DNA of 64,000 nt from Pelomyxa schiedti (Eukaryota; Protista; Evosea). The translations under genes and the position numbers were made by a program. The first letter of the stretch is position 1; each line of letters starts with the position of its first letter. The stretch is from contig JAHLWZ010000693.1 in the NCBI GenBank assembly GCA_020536535.1, forward strand, positions 62,001 to 126,000, read 5' to 3'. Shown piece after piece: positions 1-12,846 of the stretch. The notes beneath the pieces are model-generated. The model was not told the origin of the DNA, made no database searches, and saw nothing but the letters and a program-made list of their open reading frames with translations.

Positions 1-1
1 C

Positions 2-73
2 GCACCAGAACTCGCAAGACCTCTCATAAATGAGTGCCTCCGTAACCTTGACGGCACAGACCTCAGTTCCTAG
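2..73 (+). CDS. Possible C-terminal end of a gene truncated by the window start
   Basis: Open frame APELARPLINECLRNLDGTDLSS ends in TAG at 71-73, convergent with the amidohydrolase stop at 158. Too short to assign. Confidence 0.3.
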   Translation, partial: APELARPLINECLRNLDGTDLSS

Positions 74-157
74 ACAAATACTACGCACCCAAGCATAGAC
101 CTTCCCAAATACCTAGTAATGTTTGTTTGATTTGAAGTTCTATTTTCTTTCAGTGGA

Positions 158-2044
158 TTAAAAGGCTCTCCAGACAGCTGGAGCAGCGGCGTTGGACCTT
201 GTTAGTGTCTCTGGCTCGAGAGCTGCATCAGTCAGAGTCTTGTTCATCATCAGAACCTTGCCACCAACTATGGTGGTATCCACGTCTGAAGAACTCATTC
301 CAAATTGCATGTGCCATGGCATGTTGCCCATTGTCATTGGTGTGGGTGGGTGATAATCGACAAGGATGATGTCAGCAAAGGCCCCTAACGAAGAAACGTT
401 TGATTGGGATTCAGGGGCGAAACAAAAGCAAACCTGGCTTCAGCACTCCAACAGGTTTTGAGAAAAACTTGGAAGCAATCTTGGAGTTGTTCTCCATCAG
501 CAACTGGAAGGTTTCTTGTCCTGCAACGCGTGGATCCCGAGTGTTGAACTTGTGAATGAGATAATTGGTCTTGTACTCCTGAAGCATGTCGTAAGTCATA
601 CCGTCGGTTCCCAGGCCGACAAGAATCCCTGTTTTGTGTCAGAATCCCCCGCATCCATCGACAGAGAGAATACCTTTCCCCATCATCTTGAGAATGTTGG
701 GTATTCCAACAGCATTATTCATGTTTGATTCAGGGTTTGTTACTAGCGTGGTACTTGTAGCCTTGAGTATATCCATCTCATCTTCATCCAAGAAGACTCC
801 ATGTCCAACAATGGTATTTGCCCCAAGAATTCCTGCATCCCGCAGTCTGCAGAAAAAGACATTTAGTTTAATGGAGTAACTTGTCAGCCAAATTATTGAA
901 TACCTGTGCACTACCCTTTTACCGTGGGTAGCAACGCACTGGTCCTCGTCATGCTGGCCCTCAGCAACGTGTACGTGAAACCCCACTGTTGAAGCGTGTG
1001 TGCTCTTAAGAGCTTCAACGCAAGAGGCTAGTGTCTTGTCAGAAACGGTAAACGACGCATGTATTCCAAATGAGGCAGCTGCAAAAAGGTGTGATAAGGG
1101 AAATTAATTCAGTCACTGAATCTAGTTACCTAGAAGCGGGTGAGGGTTTGTAAGACAACGGGTGATGAATCTGGCATTCTCTGCAATCCCCTTGGCTGCC
1201 CCTTCGTCACCATTCCTGTCAGTAACTTCATAGCAAAGACTTGAACGAACACCTTAGAAAAGTTACTGCTGATAACCTGTAACAAAGATGTACCAGATCT
1301 CAGAGCTGCATTAGCAATGAAGTCCAAGGAGTTTTCAATACAATTGGGGCTTGCGTGATGGTCCATGATGCAGGTGGTCCCTGTTTTCCCCCTCAGTAAA
1401 CTGGTGTATCCAAGAAAGAAGGCAAAATCACTTACCTGCCTTTATAGCCGCAATATAAAACACCATTGCACTCAGGTATGTGGACTCGGCGTCAAGTGCT
1501 TTATCAAGCCTCCACCACAATCTTTGTAGAACCTAGGTAGAATTACTTAGTTAATGGGTCAATATCATAATCTAAAGTTGTTGAAATACCTCCAAGAACG
1601 TTGAAGGAGCTTCATCCTTGAGAGCCATTCCCCTGGCATACATTCCATAGAAGTGGCCATGAGCGCATATAAACCCAGGCATGATGAGTTTACCCTTCGC
1701 GTCAATATTTCTGCATGCAGGGTGCCTTGCAACGAGGGCGTCACTGTCACCTGCCAAGCTGGCATTAGTTGTTTTTTTTTTCTCCCCTCTTCTCATTTCA
1801 TTTTGGGTGAATAGGAACCTATTTCGGAGATGGTGTCGCCAACCACGAAAACAGCGCCATGCTGTACAAGTTGGTGTGCCCCATTCTCGAAAGTCCACAC
1901 GAGTCCATTGCTAATGAGAAGTTCACCTGTTGTTGTTTGCGAAGAAATATCTTAGATCCCCCCTACTTTCCCCCCATTTTTATGTTCCAATATTATCAGG
2001 GTGCAACGGTCTCGTGTACCGTCACGTACGCCACATGATGCCAT
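158..2044 (-). CDS. ssnA: SsnA-like amidohydrolase (putative selenium-metabolism/purine-degradation aminohydrolase), multi-exon
   Basis: Spliced peptide has KLIMPGFICAHGHFYGMYARG (HxH), LWWRLDKALD, GTTTIMDHHASPNCIENSLD, FHVHVAEG, GHGV, LVTNPESNMNNAVG and LGTDG, and ends APAVWRAF*. These match my recollection of E. coli SsnA (LWWRLDRALD, DHHASP, NPxSNMxNxVG). The start exon is tentative. Confidence 0.85.
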
Positions 2045-2149
2045 TTTCTTTTAGTTTTGAAGAAGGTTCTTTCGGGTAAGAACCAAGTTGCCGGAGGCCA
2101 GTCCCCTTAAGTCCCCGAGAGGCAACTTTTTTGGTAGAAAAACATACTA

Positions 2150-3255
2150 TTAACAAAAACCCTGGTTGGCAAAGAGGATGTGGGCTACAGGGCTTTGATG
2201 TTTCTTCTTGTAGCGTTGTCTGTGATTCACAAACCATGTGTTTACCTTTGGAACAGTGAGGATTTGATAAATGGATAGAGGTGTTACGCAACTTGTTTGG
2301 GGTCAACTTTTAGCTCATTTGCCAATTTTACCTTCTTTGCGGTTGTTGGATATGGGTCTATTGGGAGCATTTAAGAAACGTGTCTTATGAGCAAGCGGAG
2401 TCAAACCTTGGACATGTTTCATGAACCACGCTGTTAGCCGCTGCCTCTGTTTAGGTGACAGCATGATACGGACTCTCTTTTTTCCAGCCAGAGGCTCCTG
2501 AGCCTCAGCTTCCGACCCGGAACTACTGTCCACTTCCACAGGATTGGCTTCTGAACTTCGTTCCCAGAGATCCAGCGCCTGGTGCTCTATTGTTGTGGTT
2601 TCATCAGGGAATTCCCACTCCGGCCGGATCTCGCTGTGCGGGAAGGCTGCGGAAGTGCCTGTAATTACCCTCTTGATTGCAGCTGAATATCTTTGCTGAA
2701 CAATTTCGAGAGTTCTGTCAGCATGACCATCCACAATATGCCTATTATTACTATGATTAGCATTTGTGCCGCTACTGACAAACGATGCATAGTTTTGTGT
2801 TTTCTAATTTCGTATCTTGGTTCAATCTCGTGTTAAATTACTGTTAAAAAATCACGATGTACATACCAAAGATCAGAGCTCACTTTGGACTTTGCCATTG
2901 CCCAAACCTCGGCATGCAATTGGTTGTATCTTTCCCAATTGGCACTGAGTCCGGCCAATTTCGCTCTCTGAAATGCAGTCAACTGTCTGCTCTCCAAATC
3001 AAACTTAGGAGGGTTTCCGGTAGCAGTTGTTGATGTCGCCGATGTCGCCGTAGTCGCTGGGGCGCTGGACTCGACGTCGCTTGGGGAGCGAACCGGAACG
3101 GCGGGAATCTCGGAGGCTGGGACTGTTGCGGTGCTGTCGGAATGGAGGATCGGCTGGGTGATTATGGGAGGAGATGGTGGCGAGGTTTTGTTGAAAATGA
3201 GTGAAGAATCGGGCGTGACACTATCGCCCTGCGTGAAATGTGGCTGTTGATGCAT
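2150..3255 (-). CDS. TALE-class homeodomain transcription factor
   Basis: Joining exons across the short introns at about 2349-2399 and 2246-2297 gives KKRVRIMLSPKQRQRLTAWFMKHVQDPYPTTAKKVKLANELKVDPKQVNTWFVNHRQRYKKK, with the TALE PYP loop and WFxNxR helix 3. The N-terminus is S/T/P-rich. The 3' end is uncertain. Confidence 0.85.
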
Positions 3256-3550
3256 CGTTTGTCTCGTTTTCTTGATGCGTTGGTCTACGCTCTTGCTTTT
3301 TTGTTTGTTGTATTTTTGGCGAGATATTTCGTTCCCACTTATTTTTCCTTCTGCCCTTGATATCAAGAGACTATTTACAGGTGCAAACAAAAGAAACTTC
3401 AACTCATTTATACAAACTGTGGCGAAATCTCCGCCTAAGTTGGGGTATTGGCACTACTGTTAGAGTGCCATACCTCAACCAAGAGACTGTACAAACACAA
3501 CAAATTGATGACCTGAGGAGCAGATCCGGCTTGGATCCACATAGTTTCGT

Positions 3551-6500
3551 TCAGGTCTTTGTTGTCCATGTTGGGGGAGGTCCTTCGTGTGTGTCCCAAA
3601 ATTGCAATGTGCTGTGCATGTTTGCCCGGAGCATTTGAGCCAGATCGGGGTTGATAAGACAGCAGATAGACTCTAGAAGTGGCTGCAGTACAAATTTGAT
3701 GAATGTTTTTTGCCCCTTGGCAGTCCGGGGGGCATGTCTGTCCATAAAAGGTGATTTAGTGAGACCCAATCTTTCTTCCTCGTCGCCTTGAAGAAAGAAT
3801 TCCTACGTAGTTGTGTGTGATTTTTCTTAATAGAAACACTGTATGATATAGCCAATTAAGTTTTCAGAAGGGATGTGTAACCTCGGTAATGAGAAATGCC
3901 CATCGTTGCATTGTATCAAGAGGCCGAAGCGGGTTGCATATATCGGCCAGTTTTAGTATCAACTGTGACACAAGTCTCAAATCACCTAAAATTGAGTTTT
4001 TAGGAAAATTCATCATAAAAGAAACTAACCCTTTTGTGTGAAATCCCAGGACTGTGAAGTGGATTTGGCACTGAAAACGCTAAGTAGCTCCACATGCCGA
4101 GCCATACTCAAATGAATTTAGAAGGGAAAAAAGGGAATAAACTGAATTACTCTGTTGCCAAAATGAGACTTGTAACCAATTCATGAAACTCAAGGAACTG
4201 CTCCTGTGGAAAATCAACCCTCACTTTCGGGATGAAAAAGAACCTTGGTCATAAAGGAAAGCCAATTAAAATCACCATTGATTGTCATATGAATTGCTTC
4301 GTGAATATGCATGTTTTCCAAAACCTCAAGAAAGTAAGAAAATGGTTCCACGATGTGATAAGACGGAATTTACTGATATGCCATTGTAAGTCATGGCTAC
4401 TGGATCCAAAATTTTGTACAGGAAATTGTTATTTACACCTGAGATTTCAGTAAGTAACAGTATCGTAATGGAAAGTGGACAAAAGAGGGAATACCAGGGT
4501 GCTGATAGTCGTGGATTAGGGCAGAAAAGAAAAGTGCAAGAATATAAAAGTGCGGCAGTGAATCCGTCATATTAGCAACGAGTACGTTTGCAGCCTGCAA
4601 GGTATCTGCCGCGTGAATGGCATTATGAAAACTATGTTAGAGTGAGAGCAGCATAGAATACAAATAAACCACACGGATTTGCAAGATATCTAGGAAAAAT
4701 GTTGGTAAACACAGTGCACAAATTTAGTATGACTGAGAACTTACCCCTTAGTTGTTTCTAGGAGCCATTTTGAAAAGTGTTCTTCATTAATTCTATACCT
4801 TTCTAACAAACCATGTTGCTTAAAAATAGCAGTTCCGACAGCGGGAAGAATTGGGCCTCCTGGATTGTTTAGTTCCAGACTGCCTTAAAAAATTAATACA
4901 ACCTGCCCGATGAGTAAAAATAGAGAATGCCCAGTTATCGAAAATACTTTCCTCTTCACACATTCTCTGACACATACTTTTGGATGGAAGTTGGGAATGG
5001 AAAAGGGAAAAAACCCACAAGAAAAACGGTAAAACCTGTCACTTGCGCCAGAAGACATTATGCCAGAGCACTCATCACGTAAACCAGCAAGCTGTTCCAT
5101 TATGAATGCATCAACATCAGCATCGGGGGCTTCAAAGAGTTACACATATAGATCATAACCATGAACTTCTACCTCCAAAACCACGCTTTCTCTGAGTAAT
5201 GTATGTCATACGGTGCAGGTTATCAGATGCAATCAGTCGTATGATATTGTCTAAGACAAGTGAATCTTCTTTTGTCAACTCTTTTTGGAAATGATCATTT
5301 CGTGAGAAGAGAGCAGTCAGGTTGGTACTTTTTTTATTTCTGATGGCACCAAGCTCTTGAATAGCTTGTTCAGCAGGAGTACTCAAAGGCTGCATCTTAT
5401 TTAATGGTTCTGATAAAACCCTAATCTGAGAGAATCAACGTAAAAGACTTGGTGGTGAGCAAATACCCTTTGGTTAAGATATCGAACAATAGCCAAAAAG
5501 CCTGTTGATAAAATCAAAAGTACAACTATTAACGATATAGCAATTATCACTCCAATTTGTCTTGTTGAGCTATCTAGATGCAAATGAGGGAGTTGTAGAG
5601 ATTTGGTGAAGAAACCCTTTGTTATTGACACAGGGATTACCACTTTTGTGTAGTAACAAAAGGCAGATACAGTAACAGCATCATGTACTTCGAAAGTCAG
5701 CTCGGAAGAAAAAGGAAGCGGTCCCTCATATTTACATCCAATACTATAAAGAGTTGAGGAGCTAATCGTCACTTCCGTTGTATTCGTGATATTGCCTATG
5801 GAGAATGTGGGAATTAACAAGTGAGGAAGTTACAAAAAGACCTACATGCAAGTTGTGCTGAAATTTGGGCATTGTGTATGAAAATCGGAACCACACCAGT
5901 GTTACTCACTGTGAGATCAAAAACTGTACTTTTAGACTGGACAGATAGCACAATAGACTCTGGCGAAACAGTAACTCTCACAGCTAAGAAACGTTATTTC
6001 GCAAGCACGCGCGACCTATTTACCAGAAAGTACATTGACAGCTGGGCTGGCAACAGAAAGAATCCATGGTAACCCCGGCAAAGGGCTATACGTAAAAATC
6101 CATGAATTCCCAAGATACGTGTTGAAGTAAACAAATCCATTGCCTTTGGTGAAGACTGATAGAAACTGCAGTAGCTTGGTAAATTTCCACATGACAACTG
6201 TTTGAAAACCTCTGAGAAGTCACCAAGAACTGAATTGTTCAGACAAGGTGGAATAGCACTTATAAAGGTGAAATCCTTTCCAAAAAGTGTTATTCCACCA
6301 GAACCTGAGGTAGATACAACACAGCCTGATGGAGAAACAATCATGCCAAAACCTTATTATAATCAGAATAGAACCACAAATAAAACATAGTGCCGGCCTT
6401 CTGGTGTAACCACCAGCTCTGAAAAAAGATAAGTGGTTGCTTGTGTTGAAATTCCAGCAAGAAGAGCACCAATATAGACATCCCTTTTATCAAAGAGCGG

Positions 6501-7624
6501 GTGTAAAACGGAAATGATGGTCTCTATGAGAAGAAACTGGATTTGATTTTCTTGAAGATGTGTATGGAGCATACGAATTCCTGAGAAGTATGGATTGGCC
6601 CACACAGAAATTCTACTTGGGTTTTTGGTTGGACTAACCAAACCAATATTGGGAACTTGAAGATTTGGACCAGAAAGTATATTGAGCAGGGTGCCTGAGG
6701 AACGGAATGTATCCCAAGGACACATTATTCCACTATTTCCTGTCACAAAAGGGATATATTTACAACTGAGCTCACACGCGGAGTTCATCAGTCACAAGCA
6801 TCCAGAATCTAGTCAAATTTCCATCTAAAATGTCATAGTGTGGCGCAAGAAGGCTGATGAAGTCGCCGAGCCCTATTGTCTTGGCCATCCTGCAAAACTT
6901 ATCACATGGAATGCCAAGAGACTCTGAGAACAACATCAGTAATTGGGAAAACAACCTATCAACCATTGAAGTGGTCAAAGTTCCAGTTTCTCCAGTGTGG
7001 GTCACACTCACATGATGTTGAAAAATTGACTAGCTCAGGTAAAACCGCAGATGAGCGAACATACACCTAAAGTTTTCTTTTGGCATAACGACCATTTTAT
7101 AAACAAACAAATAAATAAATCCTTTAGCATGATTCCCAGTTGAAAAAGGAAGAAAAACCTCACCTCAACGGTCCTGTTTGGGTCAGGATCATAACCAGCA
7201 CCAGCACAGGCAGTAGAGGTGGAAATAGAAATTCTATCGAAACCACTGGCGAATCTGTCTATGTCACATTCATCAGCCGTAGAGTCGATCGTGTGCAGAT
7301 AGTAAGCCAACGTCTCCAGTCTCTCCACATTCAATTCAGTGTCTCCCACAACAAAGAAAAAAAAAAAGATTTTGGTGGCAGATAGAGAACCGTTCGAGCA
7401 AGAAAAATGCGAAATGCGATTGTGGGAGGAGTTCCACGCCATACCGTTTGAATAGTAACGAAATTTGGAGCTATTGATGCCACAGTGGTCTCAGTTAGTG
7501 ACAACAGCCCATCGATGGTGCACACTGCCCACAACTGGGAACTGCTGCCACCGCCTCGACAACTACTGCAGCTCAGGCACAACACAAATGCCCCCACCCA
7601 CCAAGCCACGCGAGGACATTGCAT
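3551..7624 (-). CDS. Single-pass receptor-type class I 3',5'-cyclic nucleotide phosphodiesterase
   Basis: Catalytic motifs are FHNAIHAADTLQ (~4605-4630), ALIHDYQHPG (~4495-4525), VLENMH, LKLADICNPLRP (~3925-3960) and SPFMDR..AKGQKTFIKFVLQP. A TM helix IGVIIAISLIVVLLILSTGFLAIV lies at ~5490-5560 and a signal peptide MQCPRVAWWVGAFVLCLSC at 7624. Joining the upstream exons into one gene is inferred from strand, spacing and the lack of another start. Confidence 0.78.
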
Positions 7625-7776
7625 CGTAATTAAATTCAAGTGTTTGTGGGTAACTCCGAAAAGTGTTCGCCTCTTGCGGGAAGTTTGCTCCAGCAAAGTT
7701 GGGAATGGTGCGGCCGAAAAAAAAGTTGGGAAAAAAACATCCGTTTAATGTTATAACCTCAAAAACAAAAGGGGCA

Positions 7777-10700
7777 CTACTCGGTGGGGTTGGTGAAGTT
7801 GGGGTTGTCAGTAAAGGCGCTTTTGCCTTCGTAGACAGGGTTGGAGGTGACAGAGGAGGATGAACCGTCGAGAAGTGTGTTGGGAATGTACCAGTTGGCT
7901 CCATAGCGGATGTGCTGTGGGATTCAAGTTAGTTGTGGTGTGAATCTGTTGAAAAGAAGAAATTGTTAACCTTGTAAATGAAGAACCCAGCAACAGCGCA
8001 ACCAACTGCGGCGAGGGTGAGCCCAATAACAACGCCAGTTACAGCGAGAGATGTTGTCTTTGCCTTTTTGTTGCAGTCGTCCTTCTTCTTGGTCTTGCCT
8101 CCACAATTTCCACATACATCATTGGTTTGGTTTCCATACTTCTTCCCGGCACAATCGTAGCAGGAGGAATTTCCAGCACACACGCCACAGTCGTCGTATT
8201 GCTTTGGGGGCACCTTTGGATCAGAAACCCCTTTTTGCTGTGTTAAAGCGGAGAACGCAAAGAGATTGTCTACCATCGCAGCCGGTGCAAGTAGAACCAT
8301 CTCCGTTACAAACTCCACATACATCCTCTACTTGTCCACTCCATTGGACCGCGTCACAACCAATACATTCTAGACCAGTGCCATTGCAAATTCCGCACTG
8401 ATCGTAAATCAGCCCAGACCAGGCAACGCCATCGCAACCAAGGCAGACATTGGCACCACCACAAACCCCACACCTGCAAATCAATTTAGTAAAGAAATAA
8501 TGGTTCGAGAGGAAAGCTCACAAGTCGTCCTTCTTGCCAGAGTAGGGTGCATTATCGCAGCCGAAGCAAACATTGGTAGCATTGGGATTGCAGTCACCAC
8601 ATAAATCGTATTGCAGGTTTCCAACAGGTGAACCATCACAACCAATGCACAGGTTGGCACCACCACAGACTCCGCAAAGGTCCACTTTCTGAAGACTGTG
8701 AAAAAAAATAATATTGTAGCTATTGCCCGTACTGTTCCTGAATACGGCACTTTGTCACAGCCAAGGCAGGCATCTGTTCCGCCACACACGCCACATTGAT
8801 CATAAGGTTTGTAGTCCGGTAGCCCATCGCACCCAATACAAATGTCTGAACCGCCACAGTCTCCACACTGATCCAGTTCTTTCCCAGACCACGGTATACC
8901 ATCGCAGCCCACGCAGTCATTTGTTCCACCACATTTGCCACACTGGGTTTCAGTTAGAAGAGTCTAGGAAGGAAAAGTATCAACATAGTCATAGAAAACT
9001 CCACTGAAACAAACGCCATCACAGCCATACGCGCGGTCATCGCCGCCACAGACGTGGCAGTCATCCCAAACTATAAAATGGTTAAAAAACAACAGTGTGG
9101 GAATAGCCAACCGACCTTTAGTGCTCCATGGTACATTATCGCACACGCCAAGGCATGTATTGTTTCCATCACAAACACCACACTAAGAGAATGAGTATAT
9201 TATTTACTACTGGGAACACACCTTATCATAACGTGCCCCAGAGAAAGGGACATTATCGCAACCAAGACAAGTACTGCAAGGAGGTGAGAAAGTTAAGGAA
9301 CAATCAGTTACTTACGAGCCGTTTCCACCACAGACGTTGCAAACATCCAGAGTCTTTGTATCCCACTTAGTTCCGGCACAGTCATAGCACTCATTATTGC
9401 CACCACAGACACCACACAAATCGTAGCGGGCACCGCTGTAGGGTTCTCCATCACATCCAAGACATTCGTTTGAGCCACCACAAATATGGCACAAGTCGTA
9501 CTCAACACCAGAGAAAGGTATCATATCACACCCAGCGCAGGCGGGGTGCTCTGCATCATTTGTACAATCCCCACAGCTGTAAATTTGTTATTCTTTTTTT
9601 TTTTCCCCATTGGGAGGGGAGTACACGTCGTAAAAGTATCCCGAGCGAGGTACATCATCGCAGCCCACACAGGCATCGTGACCACCACAGACATCACATC
9701 TATCGTAAACGATACCCGAAAATGCAATTCCTGCGAAAGAGTGAGTACGTAAAATCAACTCTTAGTTCGCACCGTCGCAGCCCAGGCATTCGGTACCGTT
9801 TCCACCACAGATACCACAGTCATCATAACTCAACCCAGAGAACGTTATGTTATCGCAACCAACACAAGCATTCTGAAAAAGGTTAAAAGGAGATTGGAAA
9901 AACGGGAAACTACCGAGCCATTGCAAACGTGGCAGAGATCAAACTTCAGCCCAGACCAGGCCTCATTATCGCAGCCTACACACCAATCCATTGTAGGAAA
10001 AGATGTGTTAACACAATTGCCACAACTATCATAGAACATATCCCCGAAAGGTACACCGGAGCAATCATTACACGCGCTACTTCCTCCACAAACATCTTCA
10101 TGAGAAGAGGGTAAGTGAGTTTTCGTACTGTATGGGGGTGAGAGTACCGCAGGCGTCCACTTTTTTCTCAGAGTATAAAATACCGTCACAGCCTCGGCAA
10201 GCATCAGTTCCCCCGCATTCGCCACAGTAATCGTAAGCCATGGGTGGAACAGCTAAAACACCATCACAACCAATGCACCTTAACTACAATCAGAGATCAT
10301 AAGAGAAAAGGGTTTACTTTGAAGTTCCTGCACAGACGCCACAAGGATCTTCAACAGCATGGCCCCATCTTACACCAAAGCAGTCTTCACACTCGGTGCC
10401 GTTCCCTCCACATATACCACATTGATCATACTTGTAAAATTAGAAATGATAGTAAACAATGACTGAAACCTCAGTTGGGGGTAATGAATATGCGCCATCA
10501 CAACCTTGGCATGCATTGCTACCACCGCAGACTGAACAGTTGTCCAAGGTCTTATTACCAAAGGGAACCTGCTGGCAGTCCAAGCCTAATTTCAAATGAG
10601 ACTGTTTAAGAACCATAGAAAAGTGTACATGTATTGTTTCCGCCACAGACACCACACAGATCATAGCTTTGGTAAGTGTTAGTAAAATTTGGCGAAGAGA

Positions 10701-12846
10701 AGTTATGTACGTAAGGCCTGATGGGGTGCTATCACAACCAAAACAGGTTCCGTTATCACCACCGCAGACACCACAAGCATCAACAATGGCCGTTCCATTC
10801 GGAGTATTTGTGCAGTCGAGGCAGGTCATTCCGTCACCACCACACTTCCCACACCGATCCCACACCCTACTTTGGTTAGAGGAGAACTTTTCAAAGGAGC
10901 ACAAACGCAATCCCGAAAGGCACCCCCTTGCAGTCCACACAAGCATCAGCTTCGGCAGGTAAGACACAAAAACCGCAATCATCAACAATCTTGTAAGAGT
11001 CCTTAATACCATCACATCCTACACATACTTAGAAATAATAAAGTAGAAGGGGAGACCTACCATAGCATGGGTACACTGCAAGAACTGTAATTGTTGGTTG
11101 GCCCCAGCCCAGCACTCCCAGTGTAATGAGATTATTTACAGTTGGTTGACTACATTGATTAAACCACAAAAAAAAGAAAAAAAAAACTCACGTGGCAGTA
11201 AGCAACCTCACAGTAAATTTATAAGAGGTTTGGGGGAGTACATCGGAGTATTTGGGTGGAGTGATACTTTGAACGAACAGACCAGGGTCACTTACAACTT
11301 GCATCTATTGTTCCAAGGTTACTTAAGAGAAGGACAGTTAAACAAGTACAATCAAATTCTTAGTCAGATAATCAATTCCAGTTAGAATGGCATCCACGAC
11401 ATTCGAGCTGTCGGACGCCAGCAGTACAGTTACACCAAACCTACATAAATCAGAAATAGTAGAAACTATAACAAACAAACCCCCAGTTCTTCACAATGTT
11501 AGAGAATGTAGCGTTCGGCCCAGCCCCACTTACAGCAAACACAGGGAAAACGTTCTTTTTCAAAAGGTGGGACTTGGTTCCGTCTAAAGTTGGGTAATCC
11601 TCACCTAAAGAAATCCTGGGATCAAAAATCAACCAAAATAAGGGCTTGAATCACCTGTTCCTACCCAATGGCATCGATCGACAGGGCCGGTCCCATTCCA
11701 AGTGGTACCCACGGGATAGCACGGCAGATATCGGCATTCACTGTCACAGTCGTAATCGTTTACTGGCATGTAAACATCTTTGCCCCAACAATCCCAGTTG
11801 GAAATTGTATGCCCAAGCTGCGGATCGGCATCAGTAAGAGTAACAATCATCTGGAAAGGAGCAAGTTAAGTCTTAAACCCATCAAGGGAGTGTAACCTTG
11901 AGAGCGTTGGTGCGCCACCCATTACTAGGGCACGTCGCTAGAACGACAGCACTTAAGGAAGCCTCGGGGTCATCTTGGTTACCATACGTTAGAACACCCT
12001 TTTGTCGAGGTCAATGGTGAAAGGGTTTTAAAGAAACAACCATCATGGCCTGCTGTAATTTGTTATAATTCGAGGTTAGGTTCATTTCTGTCCGGTACTC
12101 AAAATTATTGCCGTCGATGTACCCCACAGGGTAAATGGGCTTATCCACAAAAACGGAATAACCAAACATAGCATTGGGTCGAATTTTCGTTACAGAGGCG
12201 AGAAGCCTTGGAATAAGTTTCGTCAAGGTGTCGATATCATCCCTCATACTAGCCGAACTGTCCTACTTTGTGTGACAACGCACCAACGGGATTTTTTTTG
12301 GGGTGGGTACCTGGTTGATCCACAGGTCCAAAGGTTGGGTGGCAGCATTTGGGACAATAACTTCTATTGGTACATCCAGGGCTTGAGTAGCAAGAAGGAA
12401 AACTTCAGTGTTGATTGGATTGATCTTCAGTTTGAGCAAGATGTAAGGAGAGCATCAGTAAAAAACAGAAGTATACCGGAGATCCCTCTGTTCGCCAAAC
12501 AATCTGGCTGTGTTTGTGCTGCCAGATGCCATCACAAGTTCCCACGAGAGGACCAGTACCTTCACAGCGGCAAGATGTTGTAAGGTTTTTTTGCAAATAA
12601 AAGATTATAATCAAAAAAGGGGAAAAATGCAAAATGATAGACGAAAAAGAAAAAGAGAAAAAAAAGTGTAGGTGGTTTACCAGTGGCATTCGCAGCCACA
12701 CAAGAAGTCGTTGGAGCACACCATCCACAACCAGTAATAGCAACGCAAGTGCTACAAATTGTACCCGGAGTGCAATCAGCCGCACCGGATGCAGAGATCC
12801 AAGCAATAGCGACCAGCGCAAACGCAAGAATAACCGTCGACCTCAT
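7777..12846 (-). CDS. Integrin-beta-like adhesion receptor (signal peptide, PSI, beta-I/vWA, >20 Cys-rich CGVCGG repeats, TM, NPxY/NPxF tail)
   Basis: PSI-like CSTCVAITGCGWCAPTTSC. Beta-I motifs PLDLWINQDSSASMRDD (DxSxS), FGYSVFVDKP, GNQDDPEASLSAV..C...GWR, DYPTL...L.KKNVFPVFAV and LASDSSNVVDAI. Repeats GCDGxPxSGxxxDxCGVCGG, TM LAVTGVVIGLTLAAVGCAVAGFFIY, and tail TSNPVYEGKSAFTDNPNFTNPTE*. Confidence 0.87.

Noticed and set aside
1-117. Minus-strand frame VFGKVYAW...CAVK resembling kinase subdomains I-II, potentially spliced onto ssnA
   Set aside because: ssnA ends naturally at VWRAF*, there is no room for a separate start, and the plus strand has a plausible gene end here. Probably chance.
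2022-2160. Alternative last exon of the homeobox gene that would overlap the ssnA start codon
   Set aside because: It needs a weak 35-nt intron, while an unspliced stop (NQGFC*) is simpler. It cannot be decided without cDNA.
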